From Hormiphora californensis (lineage: Eukaryota; Animalia; Ctenophora), in NCBI GenBank assembly GCA_020137815.1, contig CM035356.1:1860001-1924000 (forward strand): a stretch of 64,000 nucleotides of DNA. The letters run 5' to 3'. The notes under the pieces were generated by a model. It ran no database searches. It had not been told where the DNA came from and was given only the letters and a program-made list of their open reading frames with translations. Shown here one piece after another: positions 12,501-25,700 of this stretch. The position numbers were made by a program, and so were the translations under genes. Numbering within the stretch: position 1 is the stretch's first letter; each line of letters starts with the position of its first letter.

Positions 12501-13970
12501 AACGATGGCGACCTTTCCACAGAGGGTTACCCGGTCCGGTTCACCTATGATACTGGTAACCTTCAAAACGTCTCTACAGTACTGGTTAATAATCTGGACG
12601 AGGCAGATGTCCTATGCAGTGCAATACATGGAACCAATGCTTATTGGTTTTCCGAGACGGACGACTTTTCAACAAGTCTCCTGGATGATTTGGGCTCTTC
12701 TTCGGCTAAACTTTTGATCGAACAGGGCAGTTATACAAACTGTGTGAATCCCGAGCTTGGAATTGAAGGCTGCACCTTTGACGAGGCTACCAACACAACT
12801 CTCATAAAGAGTACCTATCTGAAGTGTCTAGAATCAGAAGAAAAGACCTTGATTGATGAAAATACAGAAACATTCCGTGTTAGCGGAGGAACACTACAAA
12901 GACGGATTTCTGGAAGTTACTACAACATTTGTGTAGAACATGAATGTCCCCAGAGATGGTGACGTGGTTTGCAAAAAGTGCTGCAGAGGGAAACACTTAT
13001 TTCCAGAGTGTTCAGCTGGATAATGCATCAAATCGGGAAGTTCGGGCAATTGGATTGTGGTGTACCCAGGTCGAAGAAACAGGAGATCCTACTTGCAGAT
13101 ATACTCCATTACCAGGGTGCAATAGTAGTGTAATCGCTGTCAATCAGTACGATAGCGTGTCAAGAAGGTCTGGATGAATGGTACTGACATACTAACGACA
13201 TGGCAGGGGCAGGTTTGTGCGGACACATTTGATGACAGTCTTGCGGGGGTGTTTTGTTCTATTTTTGGGTTCGCCGCTGCCACACATTCAGTCAGTGAGA
13301 TTGTCGATAACACCACTGTATCTCATTTGGTTTGTAAGGATGATATATGTTACGCTGGTCAGGATCCACTGTGTATGGATGGTGTTGTGAAGCTGGAGTG
13401 CAGCAACCCGAATGGTGTTGAGTATCAGTTTCTAAACGGGACAGAGCAGACGGATGAGAGTACGATAACTGGTGTAATAAGAGCTGTCTGGAACTCTGAA
13501 CTGACCATTATCAACCTAGAGGAGCCTATAAATGAGCAAATACCCAAAGATATTTGTGGAATGTTAGGGTTTAGCTCAGAGGTTGGATCATTGACGATTA
13601 GAAAGTCCTTGAAACCGGCGACAGACAAACTTTTAATAGGGAACTTTTATAACAACTGTCCCCTTGGAATGGGGGATAACTATTGTCACCGGATGAGTGA
13701 AATGGAAAGTGCAAGTGCAGAGAAATACTTTCCATATGATCTGACATGCTCATTCCGGGTAGAAAACTTGACTTTCCTCGTCGAGGAAATAGATAGCAAC
13801 ATCGGATTTAAAAACTTCAGATTGCGTGTCCAATACGATGTAATCTACCCCGATAGCAGTGTCCGGGTGGTGGGTTCGATTTCTTTTGGTAACGGGGAAG
13901 GATTTAGCTAAAGAGACTAGACAAAATCTGTGCCTTGCACTCGGCGCAACGGGGCAACGGGGAGACCCGT
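9560..13970 (+). CDS. Signal peptide + tandem divergent SRCR-like domains; intronless, frameshifted after ~11,500; probably the N-terminal half of the GPCR at 22776-27950
   Basis: Starts with signal peptide MDRLLIFLLLLAAG. Repeated SRCR core motifs VACGQMGFATAV, FCNMMGYATAV, LCQKLGY, VCEDAGF, ACGQGGF, WQGQVCADTFDDSLAGVFCSIFGF, ICGMLGF and LCLALG run across abutting ORFs 9560-11506, 11497-11706, 11973-12962, 12944-13177, 13174-13911. No splice signals are needed; coding ends abruptly at ~13,970. Confidence 0.75.
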
Positions 13971-14004
13971 AGACTCCCCCTTCGTCTCCCCTCCTTCCCC
14001 CACG

Positions 14005-14400
14005 CAGTGAGAGAGCAAGGAAGTAGTGAGGCAAGGCAGAGATGAGGTGGCCAGAGACGAGAGAGGGTGAAGTAGTTAGAGAGTTGAAAGTGACGTGGTC
14101 TGATGAAGTAGAGAGAATTCTGAATTAGTACAAAAAGCGAAATAAAACTAAGAATGCCCGAAAAGCGTTTACCTGCGTCTGCAGGAAAGAGTCGATTGTC
14201 TGTCCCAGGGCTTGACCTAAAAATGGAAAAGTTAAAATTAAAAACGGTAATGCAAATGAGGAGAAGAGAAGAGAAGAGAAGAGAAGAGAAGAGAAGAGAA
14301 GAGAAGAGAAGAGAAGAGAAGAGAAGAGAAAGAGAAAGAGAAGAGAAGAGAAGAAGAAGAGAAGGAAGAGAAGAGAAGAGAAAGAAGAGACAGGAGAAGA
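14005..14400 (-). repeat. Indel-rich inverted duplicate of ~28,130-28,505 (probable contig overlap); includes a copy of SPRED exon 28299-28339 and a (GAAGA)n tract to 14528
   Basis: GAGAGAATTCTGAATTAGTACAAAAAG (~14111) is the reverse complement of CTTTTTGTACTAATTCAGAATTCTCTC (~28372). The copies are collinear over ~400 bp with many single-base indels. Confidence 0.9.
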
Positions 14401-14798
14401 GAAGAGAAGAGAAGAGAAGAGAAGAGAAGAGAAGAGAAGAGAAGAGAAGAGAAGAGAAGAGAAGAGAAGAGAAGAGAAGAGAAGAGAAGAGAAGAGAAGA
14501 GAAGAGAAGAGAAGAGAAGAGAAGAGAAACGTCAACCACAACGACCAAAACAAGTTCCAAAAAAATAAAAAAATCACACAACCTACCTGTTCAAACAACG
14601 TCTCTCTCTCAGCAGGTGCAACTCGATTGTTTTTCAAAACGAAAGTGAGGTGCAACTAAACCATCGCTCCTTTTATCAACTCTCTCTCTCTCTCTCCCAC
14701 ACACACACACAACACACAAGTGTTGTACACAATCTGGGATAGTGCACGAGCAGCGCCAAGGAAAGAGGAGGGAGAGCTTCACCTCCCTCTCTCTCTCC

Positions 14799-14859
<61 letters not shown>

Positions 14860-14948
14860 AGTAATTGGCACTTCCTCTCTGTTGCGCTGCTCTCCCTCCA
14901 ACACGATACACGTGATACTAACCAACTTCCCACGTGCCAAGTTAAAAA

Positions 14949-15014
<66 letters not shown>

Positions 15015-15167
15015 AAAAGGTATATTGAGAGAGAGATGAGAGAGGGAGAGGGAGAGAGAGGAGAGAGAGAGGGAGAGGGAGAGAGAGAGAAAGGTATATT
15101 GAGAGAGAGAGAGGGAGAGGGAGAGAGGAGAGAGGGAGAGAGAGAGCGAGAGGGAGAGGGAGAGAGC

Positions 15168-15201
<34 letters not shown>

Positions 15202-15358
15202 TGAGGAGCGAGAGAGAGAAGAAGAGTGACGAGAGAGAGGAGAGAGAGGATGAGAGCCCCCGAGAGAGAGTCGAGAGAGAGGAGAGGAGAGAGAAGATCC
15301 GAAGAAGAGACGATGGAGAGAGAGAGAGAGAGAGGGAGAGAGAGAGAGAGGAGAGGAG

Positions 15359-15453
<95 letters not shown>

Positions 15454-15783
15454 ATTTTTCACACCCCTGCTTTAGGCCCGAGATCAGCAAAAACCGGGAA
15501 CTACAATCAGTTTTGAGTAACCGACAAAGAATCTGTTTGTGACCTGTTTGCGACCTGGCCCATGACCCAATTAACCCGTTTAGCTGTGTTATGAGGTAAA
15601 TCCAATGTTGCCCCGGCCCCGTTTCCGTTGACTTAACCAAAAACCCAAACGGCCAAAAAAGAGAACTCACGCCCAGTCACACCAAACACATCACTGCAGT
15701 ATATATCACCCTCAGTCACACACTTTGAGATGATATCACACACAAAGTTTATGATAATATTACAAAACACTACCACTACCTAC

Positions 15784-15895
15784 CAGGAACCGACCGAAAC
15801 AAGTAAACAACCAATCAGAACTCGTTATTTAGCCGTCACGTGACTTGTTATCAGCCAACTAAGGGACCAGTATTTCTTGATTCGGTCGGTTCCTG
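15784..15895. mobile_element. 112-bp hAT-type MITE
   Basis: TIR CAGGAACCGACCGAA/TTCGGTCGGTTCCTG with 8-bp TSD CTACCTAC (15776-15783, 15896-15903). Confidence 0.9.
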
Positions 15896-15903
15896 CTACC
15901 TAC

Positions 15904-16065
15904 ATTTCCGAAGTAGAACTCGCAGGAAGGTGTTAGCACCCTCAGCAGTCGCAAACCGAGACCATCCTCGAGGGAGGGAGTTCCCCCTCCCGCTCTAATG
16001 TGAACTAGCGACTTGTCCTTGTTGTCGGGAAATAAACAACAGGCGCCCAAATCGTACCTAAATAC
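15904..16065 (-). CDS. EVH1/WH1-domain exon, inferred 5' part of the SPRED-like gene
   Basis: 162-nt exon between tcctgcag| and |gtaggt encoding VFRYDLGACCLFPDNKDKSLVHIRAG...LRLLRV. This resembles the EVH1 N-terminus (VMVYDD..W.P....SRVHIY). Confidence 0.6.
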
Positions 16066-17107
16066 CTGCAGGAGAGGAAGGAGATTGGTTAAAATGGGGG
16101 GTGTTTTACCAGTAGTGACTAAAGACTTGCACAGAAATATATCCGAAATTAAAGAATTGATATTTAGTTTTGATCGGATGTAGAAGATGTTCGTGCGAGG
16201 TAACAGTCATCCAGATAATGATCCCTCGATTTGGGGCCGGGAGGGGGGGGGGGGGGCGTTGACGGGGATTTCTGTAGTGCGGTCTCTCTAGTGGTTCAGT
16301 AAAATAATAATGGTACTAATGGATACTGATTGATTCAAGTGAATATAATCCATTCCCTCAGTTCTTATTATGTATATAAGACGATAGCTGTTGAACTAAA
16401 TTGGATTCTTTGAACGGGTCCAATGATATCACTATGTACCATTTTCATGAAAAATGATGATGATGAATGATGATAAATGATGTGATGAAACTCTCTAAAC
16501 TAAAACCCTCTTTGTCCCCCTCGCCAGTCCCCCCGCGGCTGGAGAGAGCTAACCGGAAACTAAGTTTACTGTCACACGTGGTGTACGGCGAAGAGGGAAC
16601 GCAGGGAGGGCAGAAGAGAGAGAGAGAGAGCGAGATGGAGAGGATGAGAGAGAGAAAGAGGGCAGAAAAAACAGGAACTATGTTCCAAAAGATGTGCTGA
16701 TCCAACCACAAGTCATCACTACACCAATCTTCTTTACTTTCTTCTTGTTTATCGATTAGACAGACCCATTATATATCCCAATTCGCTTACATAATTACTG
16801 CCGCGATTGGGTAATAACGAAATGAGACAATGTTTCTAATTACACGATCCCAAGGGAGGTCATAATGTTAATCAATGCAGCAGAAATACTGAATAGTATT
16901 ATTGATTATTACTGAATAGTATTATTGATTATATGATGTTGATTGAATTTATCGCATCACGTTTACAGGTTATTATAAGGTACATTTACAACTAAATTGC
17001 AGTTTCATGCCCAAACGAATATCGGTGTGAGATTAGTTTAGGTAAATAGATGGTTCAATTGTTCATTGTTTTGAGTGTCGGAATCGATACAAGATTGTTT
17101 GGGAATA

Positions 17108-17287
17108 CAGTCGGACCCCGATTTACCGGGATGCTCGGGGGAAAGGGGATTTTGCCAGTAATCAGGCGTTGGTGCCCGGTTATATCGGGGGAAATTACGT
17201 TTATTTCAACTATTCAGGGGAAGTTTATCCTACCGGTAAATCGGGGTGATCGGATAAACCGCGACCCGGTAAGTCGGGGTCCGACTG
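17108..17287. mobile_element. pogo/Tigger-like MITE (same family as 59623-59793)
   Basis: TA|CAGTCGGACCCCGATTTACCGGG ... CCCGGTAAGTCGGGGTCCGACTG|TA. Confidence 0.9.
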
Positions 17288-18851
17288 TATATCCATTTGC
17301 AAGTTTTATGGATGGTCCACCTAGCAGGGGAGTGATAAAACGGGGGAAATGGAGATACCGGGGGAAAAACGAGAGAGGTTACAGAGAGCAAGATAAAAAA
17401 CTGTCAGTAATTTTATTTAGTATTACGAACGGTATATTCAGTAGTAGTAGGTTATTTAGTGCGCTTCATGAGTTTAGGAAATACGTGTTGAGCCGTTTTA
17501 TTTCTTTTGGCAGCCATTTCTGACAAGTGACCAACAATTTAGCCTTAGTTGGTAGGTCCTTTACCACTGAGGTCTAATAAGTGCACTTTCGCTTAATATC
17601 TCACTCAGTCTCTCTGTCCCTCTTTACGACCTCTCTCCACCACTCCCCTCCCCCTCTCTCTCACTTGCATGACTTCCCTCTTCCCTCCCTCCCTCCACTC
17701 TCTTCATTTCTCTCCTCTCCACATGACCCCTTTTTTTGTTACTATCTTAAAAGGACATGCACGTCTGATGCTCCCAATAGCGATGTTACAATCAAATGGT
17801 GGCGAGGGCACCACCCACAAGAAGAGCGGAGAGAATAATTCAAGTTACACTATTTCCCAAACTTCCTAAAATGTTTTTTATGAGCTAATTTCATATATAA
17901 GTTGATTGCCAGTGAACAAGTCGGCACTTGTAAATCTAAGATATCTCTGTTTAGAATGACAATAATCAAACTTTTTCTTGTTTCGTGTTGTAACAGTACG
18001 AACGGGTAAAACATATTCCATACCCAATCCAGATTTAGATTAAAAAAGTTAATACCTTCCCAGCTTCCCGGCTTTTGATCTGCTGCCCCTGGACGATATG
18101 GGCGGAATATAAAATATAAATGATATCTTATTATATGACCATACTTCCCAGCTTCGGTAGTGGCAGTTAGATGGAGAACGGGGCAATTGGAGGAAACGTC
18201 TTGCAAGGATTCTGCTGCAGACTTAAACTTGACATAACCTGTCAAAATGAGAGGGAAGAAGAGGGGAGGGAACAAAGGGCATCGAGAAAGAAGGAATGAT
18301 TTGTTGTCGGTTTAGATTGCACAGAAAAGGAGGGAATTGTGTGTTTCATTTCATGCAAAAACCTAATACATATAAGAACTTACTTTTAGTGTAACTAAGG
18401 ACAGTTGACGACTGACACAATGAAAGTAGTCGGCAAGATTACCCTCGAAGAAAACTAGGAGTTGCACTTCAGTGGAGTCCAAAACCCCGAAAAAAAGAAA
18501 AGTTTTTAACAACAGATTAAGAAACACAAGTAAACTATATTGTTACTTGATTGATGTATGGTAAAAAAACAGAATAAAAGTTGGCTTACTTTTTCGACTA
18601 CTTCCTTCCATAACGTCCTTAAGCATGGGAACTGATGAAGTTAATTGGGAAAAAATTAGCTGTTAATTATAATTATCCTCTTGCCCCAATAAAAATATCA
18701 GTACATAGATCAGAGAACAGACGATGACAAAAAAGAGTCAGATATGGCACTTAAATAAAGAGACATGACTTTCTATTTGGGTGAGAGATCCAGAGGATCC
18801 GTAACAATCACAATCACCAGACATTCAGTAGAATAATAGCAAAGGACACTA

Positions 18852-19540
18852 AAGTCGGATTTTTTAAAGTTGTCACCCCCCCCCTATCCCGCGTGGCGTC
18901 GTATTTGCGTGTTACAAGTTTACTTGTTTGTTGTAAACGAGCAGCCGTAACCCATCTGATGTCTCGACCGCCAAAATCGCTGGATTTTACTTTTGCCTGG
19001 AAAAAGCGGAGGCGCCGTACGATCGAGGTGTTACAGGTTTCGCCTGACAAAACAACGTATCATGTACTAAAATGCTCTAACCACCAAACCACTCAACCGT
19101 TTTGGCTATTTCAAAGTCTATCTGATAAGAAATATCAAACCCTAACTCCAGCCCCAACCATAAACCTTCGTAAGTCCTAACCCTAAAAATTCATGAGCCT
19201 TGACACTCAAAAGTCAAAATACCCAGATTTTTTTACGTTTCCGAAAAACCCGGTGTTGGCTTTTAACTGGGCAGCGCTCTTTTTTAAAGCGACGGCGATT
19301 TTTGCAATGCAGCGTAAAAAGTTTTGCGCTGCATTGCGCGCTGTGCCGAGTAATTTTAAAATTTTATCCAAATAAAATTTTAAAAAGTCGGATTTTTTGA
19401 AGTTGTCACCCCAAAATGACCGCGCATGTGAAATTTATCAATTTTGACGCGCACACCATACCACACGTTAACATGTGATGTGACGCGCAAAAACATTCCG
19501 CGCACGAAAAGGGGGGTGACAACTTCAAAAAATCCGACTT
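18852..19540. mobile_element. Composite TA-flanked MITE (AAGTCGGATTTTTT(G/A)AAGTTGTCACCCC TIR) with an extra internal left TIR at ~19385
   Basis: TA|AAGTCGG ... CCGACTT|TA. Segment 19413-19510 resembles the interior of 42128-42278. Confidence 0.8.
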
Positions 19541-20184
19541 TACGTTCGCGTTTTTTTCCTTTCTCTCTTCGGCAGCTTCTCTTCCGCTGTTGGAAAGTGA
19601 TGGCCAGCGTTAAAATTAAAATCTAGGTGTTTCGTGAGTGCTGAGTCCATGATTGGTCACAGAGTGATGTAATGTATCCAAAATTGCGTCCGCAAACATC
19701 ACCCCAAAGCAAAAATTTGGTCGAAAACTGAGAGACTTGAAAAGCGCTGCCATATCGGTTATCCCCAGTGCAGTGGGGGTCTGTAGCATATTTCAACTCA
19801 GAGGCCTGTCGTAAGTCGTTATTCGTTGACTTACTGGGCTTACGACAAGTTTTCTTTCTTTCTTTTTTCTTACAAGATAAGATGGCCTAAAAAGTGTAAA
19901 ATCAGCTCTTTAAAAATAAAATTTGCTAATGAAGGCCCCTGTGCCGAATGTGTTGAGATGAACTGTCTGCAGAATGCAATGAGCATGAAATGTGTTTATT
20001 TCGTCTAAATATGATTGCAAAATGCAAATTATGATTATTTTGATTAAATTTTAAAGAAATCTAAGTCTCTGATAATAAATAACAGTTTTTGAGTAATTGA
20101 TGATTTTAGAAAAATTTTGGAAACATAACAACACAAACTCTTCTGTAGGAAAAGATAACCCAATGACGTGATGAACAAGGAAGC

Positions 20185-21320
20185 ATGTTAGGTCACTCCC
20201 CCTCACCTATCCGAACTGATATTTCTGGATTCAAATCACCATCTGAGCTACTGGGATGGAAGTTCAAAAATGGTCGAAACAGTCAGTGCTTAGAAAATAT
20301 TCTTGCTCGCATTTCGCAAAACCATGACCCGTTGTTGTCTGTCAAACGGAGAGAAAAGTTGATGGTTGAAAACAAAGCAACACTTCTTGAGCATCACCAC
20401 ACGGAGCTAACAGACAAACTCTCAAAACGACGAAGGAAACGCGGGGCAGAACACCGAGTAAGAAACGGCGTCCAAATAATGGTGAAAATGAACCAGAGAC
20501 ACCAACTCTTCATCCGACGACGGAAAAACTTCTGAACCAAAAGAGACGAGACTGGGCCTCTTAAGAAGGTATACAGAACACTGTCTGATCCAGTAAATCT
20601 TATAATCTCCCTTTGGTTCTTGAAAAGTTGCAGACTCGAAAGGAATTGCGGGGTCCCTATATAAAACTTCTTGTGGAAGAATTTGTAAATTTTAAAATCT
20701 CGCTGAACAATGCAGCTGGGCCTAACGAAGGGGTTACTCGCCTGGTAAAATCTTGGATGATGTTCCCCAGAAGCAAACCGTAAAACCTGCTTTTAACTTC
20801 GGGACCATATGCTGAATAAGCCGACAACGAACTTAGAGACTATTTTTTGCTCAAAATCGAGGGCGGAGAAGGAAAATCGAAAAGGCTAATGGTATGCGAT
20901 CGACATTGGGTAAGTCGATTACAGCACAAGTTTCCCGAACACTTTCTTATCTCCAAATATCCTAATCTCTCGCCTCATAAACCTTCATAAGCACCGTGCT
21001 TACAGAGAAAATTTCTACGCTCAAAACGGGAACCCACCCTCGGCACCTGACCAAAGACTCTCCTCACCAGACTTCAAAGACGCGAATTGGGTAGTTTGGA
21101 AAACAACGGAGAACTAGTACGGTGAGGTGAGTTTATTCATTGCGGTGAGATTGGGGACTGAACTGCCACTTAGTGTGTCTGCGGGGGATATTTTGGCAAA
21201 GGCTGTCCCAGGTTTTTGTTAGGAATGAACTTGCAATAGAGAGTGCAGATTGTGAAATTGAACATGCTAATGATGGTGATATATGGTGATGCAGATGAAT
21301 TGCTTGTAAATAGCTTTGCT
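20185..21320 (+). other. Degraded coding-like sequence, possibly a transposon ORF remnant
   Basis: Basic/NLS-like ORF fragments (KLSKRRRKR; LEKLQTRKELRGPYIKLLVEEF) broken by frameshifts. No family recognised. Confidence 0.25.
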
Positions 21321-22775
21321 TTGACAAGTTTGGGTTAATAAAGATGTTTTTTAGAAATTGACGTTGAAAAGAGGTTTATCTAACAAGTCATTGTTTCAAC
21401 ATTTGTTTACTATCTATTGTTTTTTATATGATTAGATTGTGAGTTGTGTGTATTACAATCAACAAAACCAGGCAGGAAATTCACAGATACGGGATAATAC
21501 TTTGATGCCAATTAACCCAGTGTCAAAAAAACCACGAATATGCAAATATAATTTCCAATGCTTTTAGGAAAAAATAATGCCAATATAATGCCAAAAGAAT
21601 GCCCAAGCCTAGTTCCCCAATCAACACATTAATTGTCAGTGTAAGTGAAACCAAAACAAGAATTATACAGCTGTTTCTCCCCCCACTTCTCCCTCTCTCT
21701 CTATTCTTCTCTCTTTTCTCTCTGTCTATTCTCTGTTCCTCTTCTCTCTCTCTCCCGCGCATCTCTCTATCTTTCTCTCTGTCCCTCTCTCTCTCTCACT
21801 TCTCTCCTCTCTCACCCACTCTCACTTTCTCTCTCTCTCACTTCCTCTCTTTCTCTCTCCCTTAATTAGCTCGTGCTAATAAGGTGGTGCTAGGTATTCA
21901 GATTTCATGGGATTCTGAGATTCTAGGGCATTATTTTGATGCGTTTTGGGACTCTGAGGGACTCTGGGGCATTATGGGACCTCTGGGGGCATTATTGGGA
22001 CTCCAGAATCCAAATAATGTCCCTCCTTAGTTTATCACTCAAAAATGTTTTTTAGCTTCAAAAACGATTCAATGAGATGAGGCAATCATTATAAGGGTCA
22101 CATAAAAAAAATAGGGAGAGTGATGTGCCAAAAATTAGAAACAATTAACCTATTTTATAATTAACTTAATTAAAAAAATTAAATTATTAAAAAATTTTCT
22201 TCAAAATTCGCCAGATTTTGATTCAAAATGACTTATTATGATAGGAAATGGTTCCCTGGGTCTATAAGTCATTCAAGCACTAAATTCATTGCAAATGTGA
22301 AAATTTCAACAGAGTCTCAAGATGGCATTATCGCGGCTTAATTTAAAAGATGCCTGGATAAACGAATAAACGTTAACTAATGTCTTCTATGTACTATCTA
22401 GTATCATTGCCAAAAATTTTAGTTAGAAAATAATGCCTTTTTAAGAAATTTTCGAGTCTAATGCCTTTCGAAATAAGTTGACACTGGGCCAATAACCAAG
22501 GGAGTACACATTTTTAGAGAGAACTAAACCACGTCAAACAATTGATGGTTTCAACCCATCCCACTCTCACTCCATCTCTCCACCCATCCCCCTCCCGCCG
22601 TCCCCCACACATCACCACCCCTACCCATCCACACCACATGTGCTACGGTAACTTTCGAAACTTTTGACTTGGTTATTATATCAAATTCAACGAACAAGTT
22701 TTCATATTGCAATTGTCAAATCAACAGAGTCAAAAAGCAACTAGCAAGCACAGTATTCAGCACAGTATTCAGCTC

Positions 22776-25700
22776 TCATTTAGCTACGTTGAACAAGTCT
22801 GTTTCAATATCCTTGTCATCATCTGCCTTCTTTCTCTACACAATCTCACTCGATACGGGTATAAATCAGTATAAAGATTCACACTTTCAAACAGTCGCAT
22901 CTCTGTCTTTTTTGCGGGGTCTGCCCACTCTCCCTACTTCAGTTCAGGAGTCGCTTCTACACTCTCGCCCTCTCATACTCAGCAGTCGCTTTAGCAATAT
23001 CATTGTCATTATTTTGATCACTTGTCGCAATATTAGCATCAGTAATATCTTCTCATATATCTGATCATTTGCTACTTGATCAGATTCAAAGTGAAAATTT
23101 TTCTAGCTTCTATAGCGCCACAATTACTTGTATTTTCAGCTTCTATAGCGCCCACAATCATTTCATTTTCAGCTTCTATAACGCCCACAATCATTTGCAT
23201 TTCAGCTTTTATAGCGCCACAATCATTTGCATTTTCAGCTTCCTACCTTTAGTCATAAGATTCAGCTGTTGTTTTGTACCAGGATTGTCACAATCTCTCA
23301 TTTCACTGGACTTATGAATTTGAATGTCAACAGGTGCTTCATTGTCGTGTTCTTAGCCTCGCCAGCGATTGTTTTCTCTCTCGCTACCTGGATTGCCCTT
23401 CTTAGCCATTTCAATGTTTTTGATACCACAGTTGCAGAAGAAAGGCTGTTCCCTGGCGTTGTCTACCGAACCCATTTTTCTGCTACCGAAAATTACCCTT
23501 GGAAAACACCTCTGTCACAGTGGAGTCATACAGTAGGGATTGATGACCGAGTTGATGGAAGGATGAAGGTGAGAAGAAAGTGGTACCATGAAGTTGCATC
23601 AATAACCTCGGTGTAGTGGAAGATGCAGATGAAAATGAGTGGCATCAGCAGAGGAAATCTCTGAGGATGATCATTGAAACCTTCCGTTGAAGTTTAGCAT
23701 TTCTTTTCTGCCACCATTTTGCTAGTTGCCCGATTGAAATCCCGCTCCCGGAACTCGCGGAGACGAAGGTTATGAAAATGTAGGAAAAGTGATGATAAAG
23801 AAGCATACAATGTTGACAATCAGGACACCCCAAATGAACTTCTCCTGTGGATCACCCTTGGAAACGAAAAACTTGAAAAGACACACACCGGCATTACCAT
23901 AGAAATGAAGCTTTTGGCCGGTAACAGAGGCAGAGCTTTGGTCACCATAAGAAAATGATAGAAACACATCTTCTGTGAAAGTTGCCGGATTCTGGCAGGT
24001 GAAGAAATATGAAGCACATTCATGCTATGCTGAAAGTACTTCTCCAGAATGGCAACGTGTTTTTCTCGGTCTGGAGCGTCAGTGAAAATAGGGCTACCTG
24101 GATAGTAAACTCCATTGACAAAGAAGTCCTCGAAGATATCGAAAAGAGGGCCAGTCGCTATTAGCATTGAGACAAGCGTAATGAAGACTGTCATGAGGGT
24201 CAGTTTCATCCCCGCCTTTCGGTTGAATGACCTTGGTGTAAGTACGTTTCTGAGGCTTATGACACGGGAGAGACTCAGGAAGGTCATGGAGATTAGGGAG
24301 ATCTGGGATCCGAATGTGCTGATAACACCAAGCAGTGAACACTCAATCCCAGTTCGCCATTCAAATTGTTTCTCACAGTACTCATCCCTGTATTTGAGTT
24401 CGTAACAGGCAATAATTATCAAGTACAGACCCAAGCAAAAGTCGCCGATGGAAATGAAGAACACAAGCAGTTGGTTCATAATGGCTGAGCGTTCTTTGAC
24501 TTTCGAAGGTTGTGAAAAACTTTATGATATGATTCCATTAGCCCCTGTGGCCAAGACACCAAAAACAAATGAGAAAACCAGGAAGCTAAGTTGTTGGATG
24601 ATGCTATCGCGAACACTGTTCGTTACACTCATCAGAGTAGTCGTGCAGTCAAATTACCGTCACATTTGCTGTTGATCTGGATATAATCTCCATTTTTGCA
24701 CATGAAGACATTTCTACAAATGTTCTCACTTTCATCACTCCCATCCCCACAGTCGTCTACCAGGTTACAAACTTTTTCGTATGGGACGCAGTTCTTGGTC
24801 TCCTTACACAGAAAGAAACTATTCACATACTTCTTCTCCTTTGCTTTGAATTGCCATCACTTTCGTTGTTCCGTTGCCATTTGAAGCTAGTACAGACTCA
24901 TACAGAGTCGTCAAGGTTCGGGCAGGAATCAATTCAGAGGTTTTAAGGGACATGTAATATTTGTATTTTTGCAGCGGCCTAGACATACAGATATAGTAGG
25001 CTTCACCAAAAACCCTTGGCAAGAAATAGAATCGACATGGCCGGATATATCACATATCTACGTGACCCCATCGATGGTTCCTCAAACGGTTCATGGAACG
25101 GTTTTTCAACGCAGTCTCCCAAATGCGGGAAGACCTTCCGCATACTTTCAAGTCCAGGAAGACAATGCCCAGTCGCTTCTCTGTCCTTTTCCCCCGTCCG
25201 ACTTTCTCCAGAACAACTGCTGTAACTGCCTGTATGTTCCTTGACTCAGCACACACTCTTAGCCTCGGAGGCACAGCTATCGACCCGGTCACACACATAT
25301 GCCATGTCGAGTAATTCGTTCTCCGGGTAACAGCGAAATGTGTTGAGTTTATCGCAATCTGCTGTATTATCAACATACCGAGTGGAGGTTTTTGTACGGT
25401 CTGTACAGGCCACAAAGACTTTCTTGATGTGCTGGATAACTTTTGTCGAACAAAAACTGCTTGGATGCTCATCGGTTGCGTTACCATCATCGACATAACA
25501 GTCTTCAACGACCGTCCTTAATCCATGCTAGAGGTATGGGGAGTTTCTGCCCTGGAATTCCAAACATTCGTTCACATTTAAATTTGCTCGTCATCTCACC
25601 ACAAATAATGTTCAGGCCCTCGTCGTAGTCGTTACAGTCATAATGTCATCGCATAACTGATGTTTGTGGATCGTGCAACAGGGGTTGGGGTAACACACTG

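Noticed and set aside
17850-18275. Possible first SPRED exon on the minus strand (~18240-18144)
   Set aside because: Splice-like borders exist, but I could not link frame or start codon to the EVH1 exon.
21516-22488. Possible piggyBac-like ends CCCAGTGTCAA/TTGACACTGGG
   Set aside because: The match is only 11 bp and TTAA is present on one side only.
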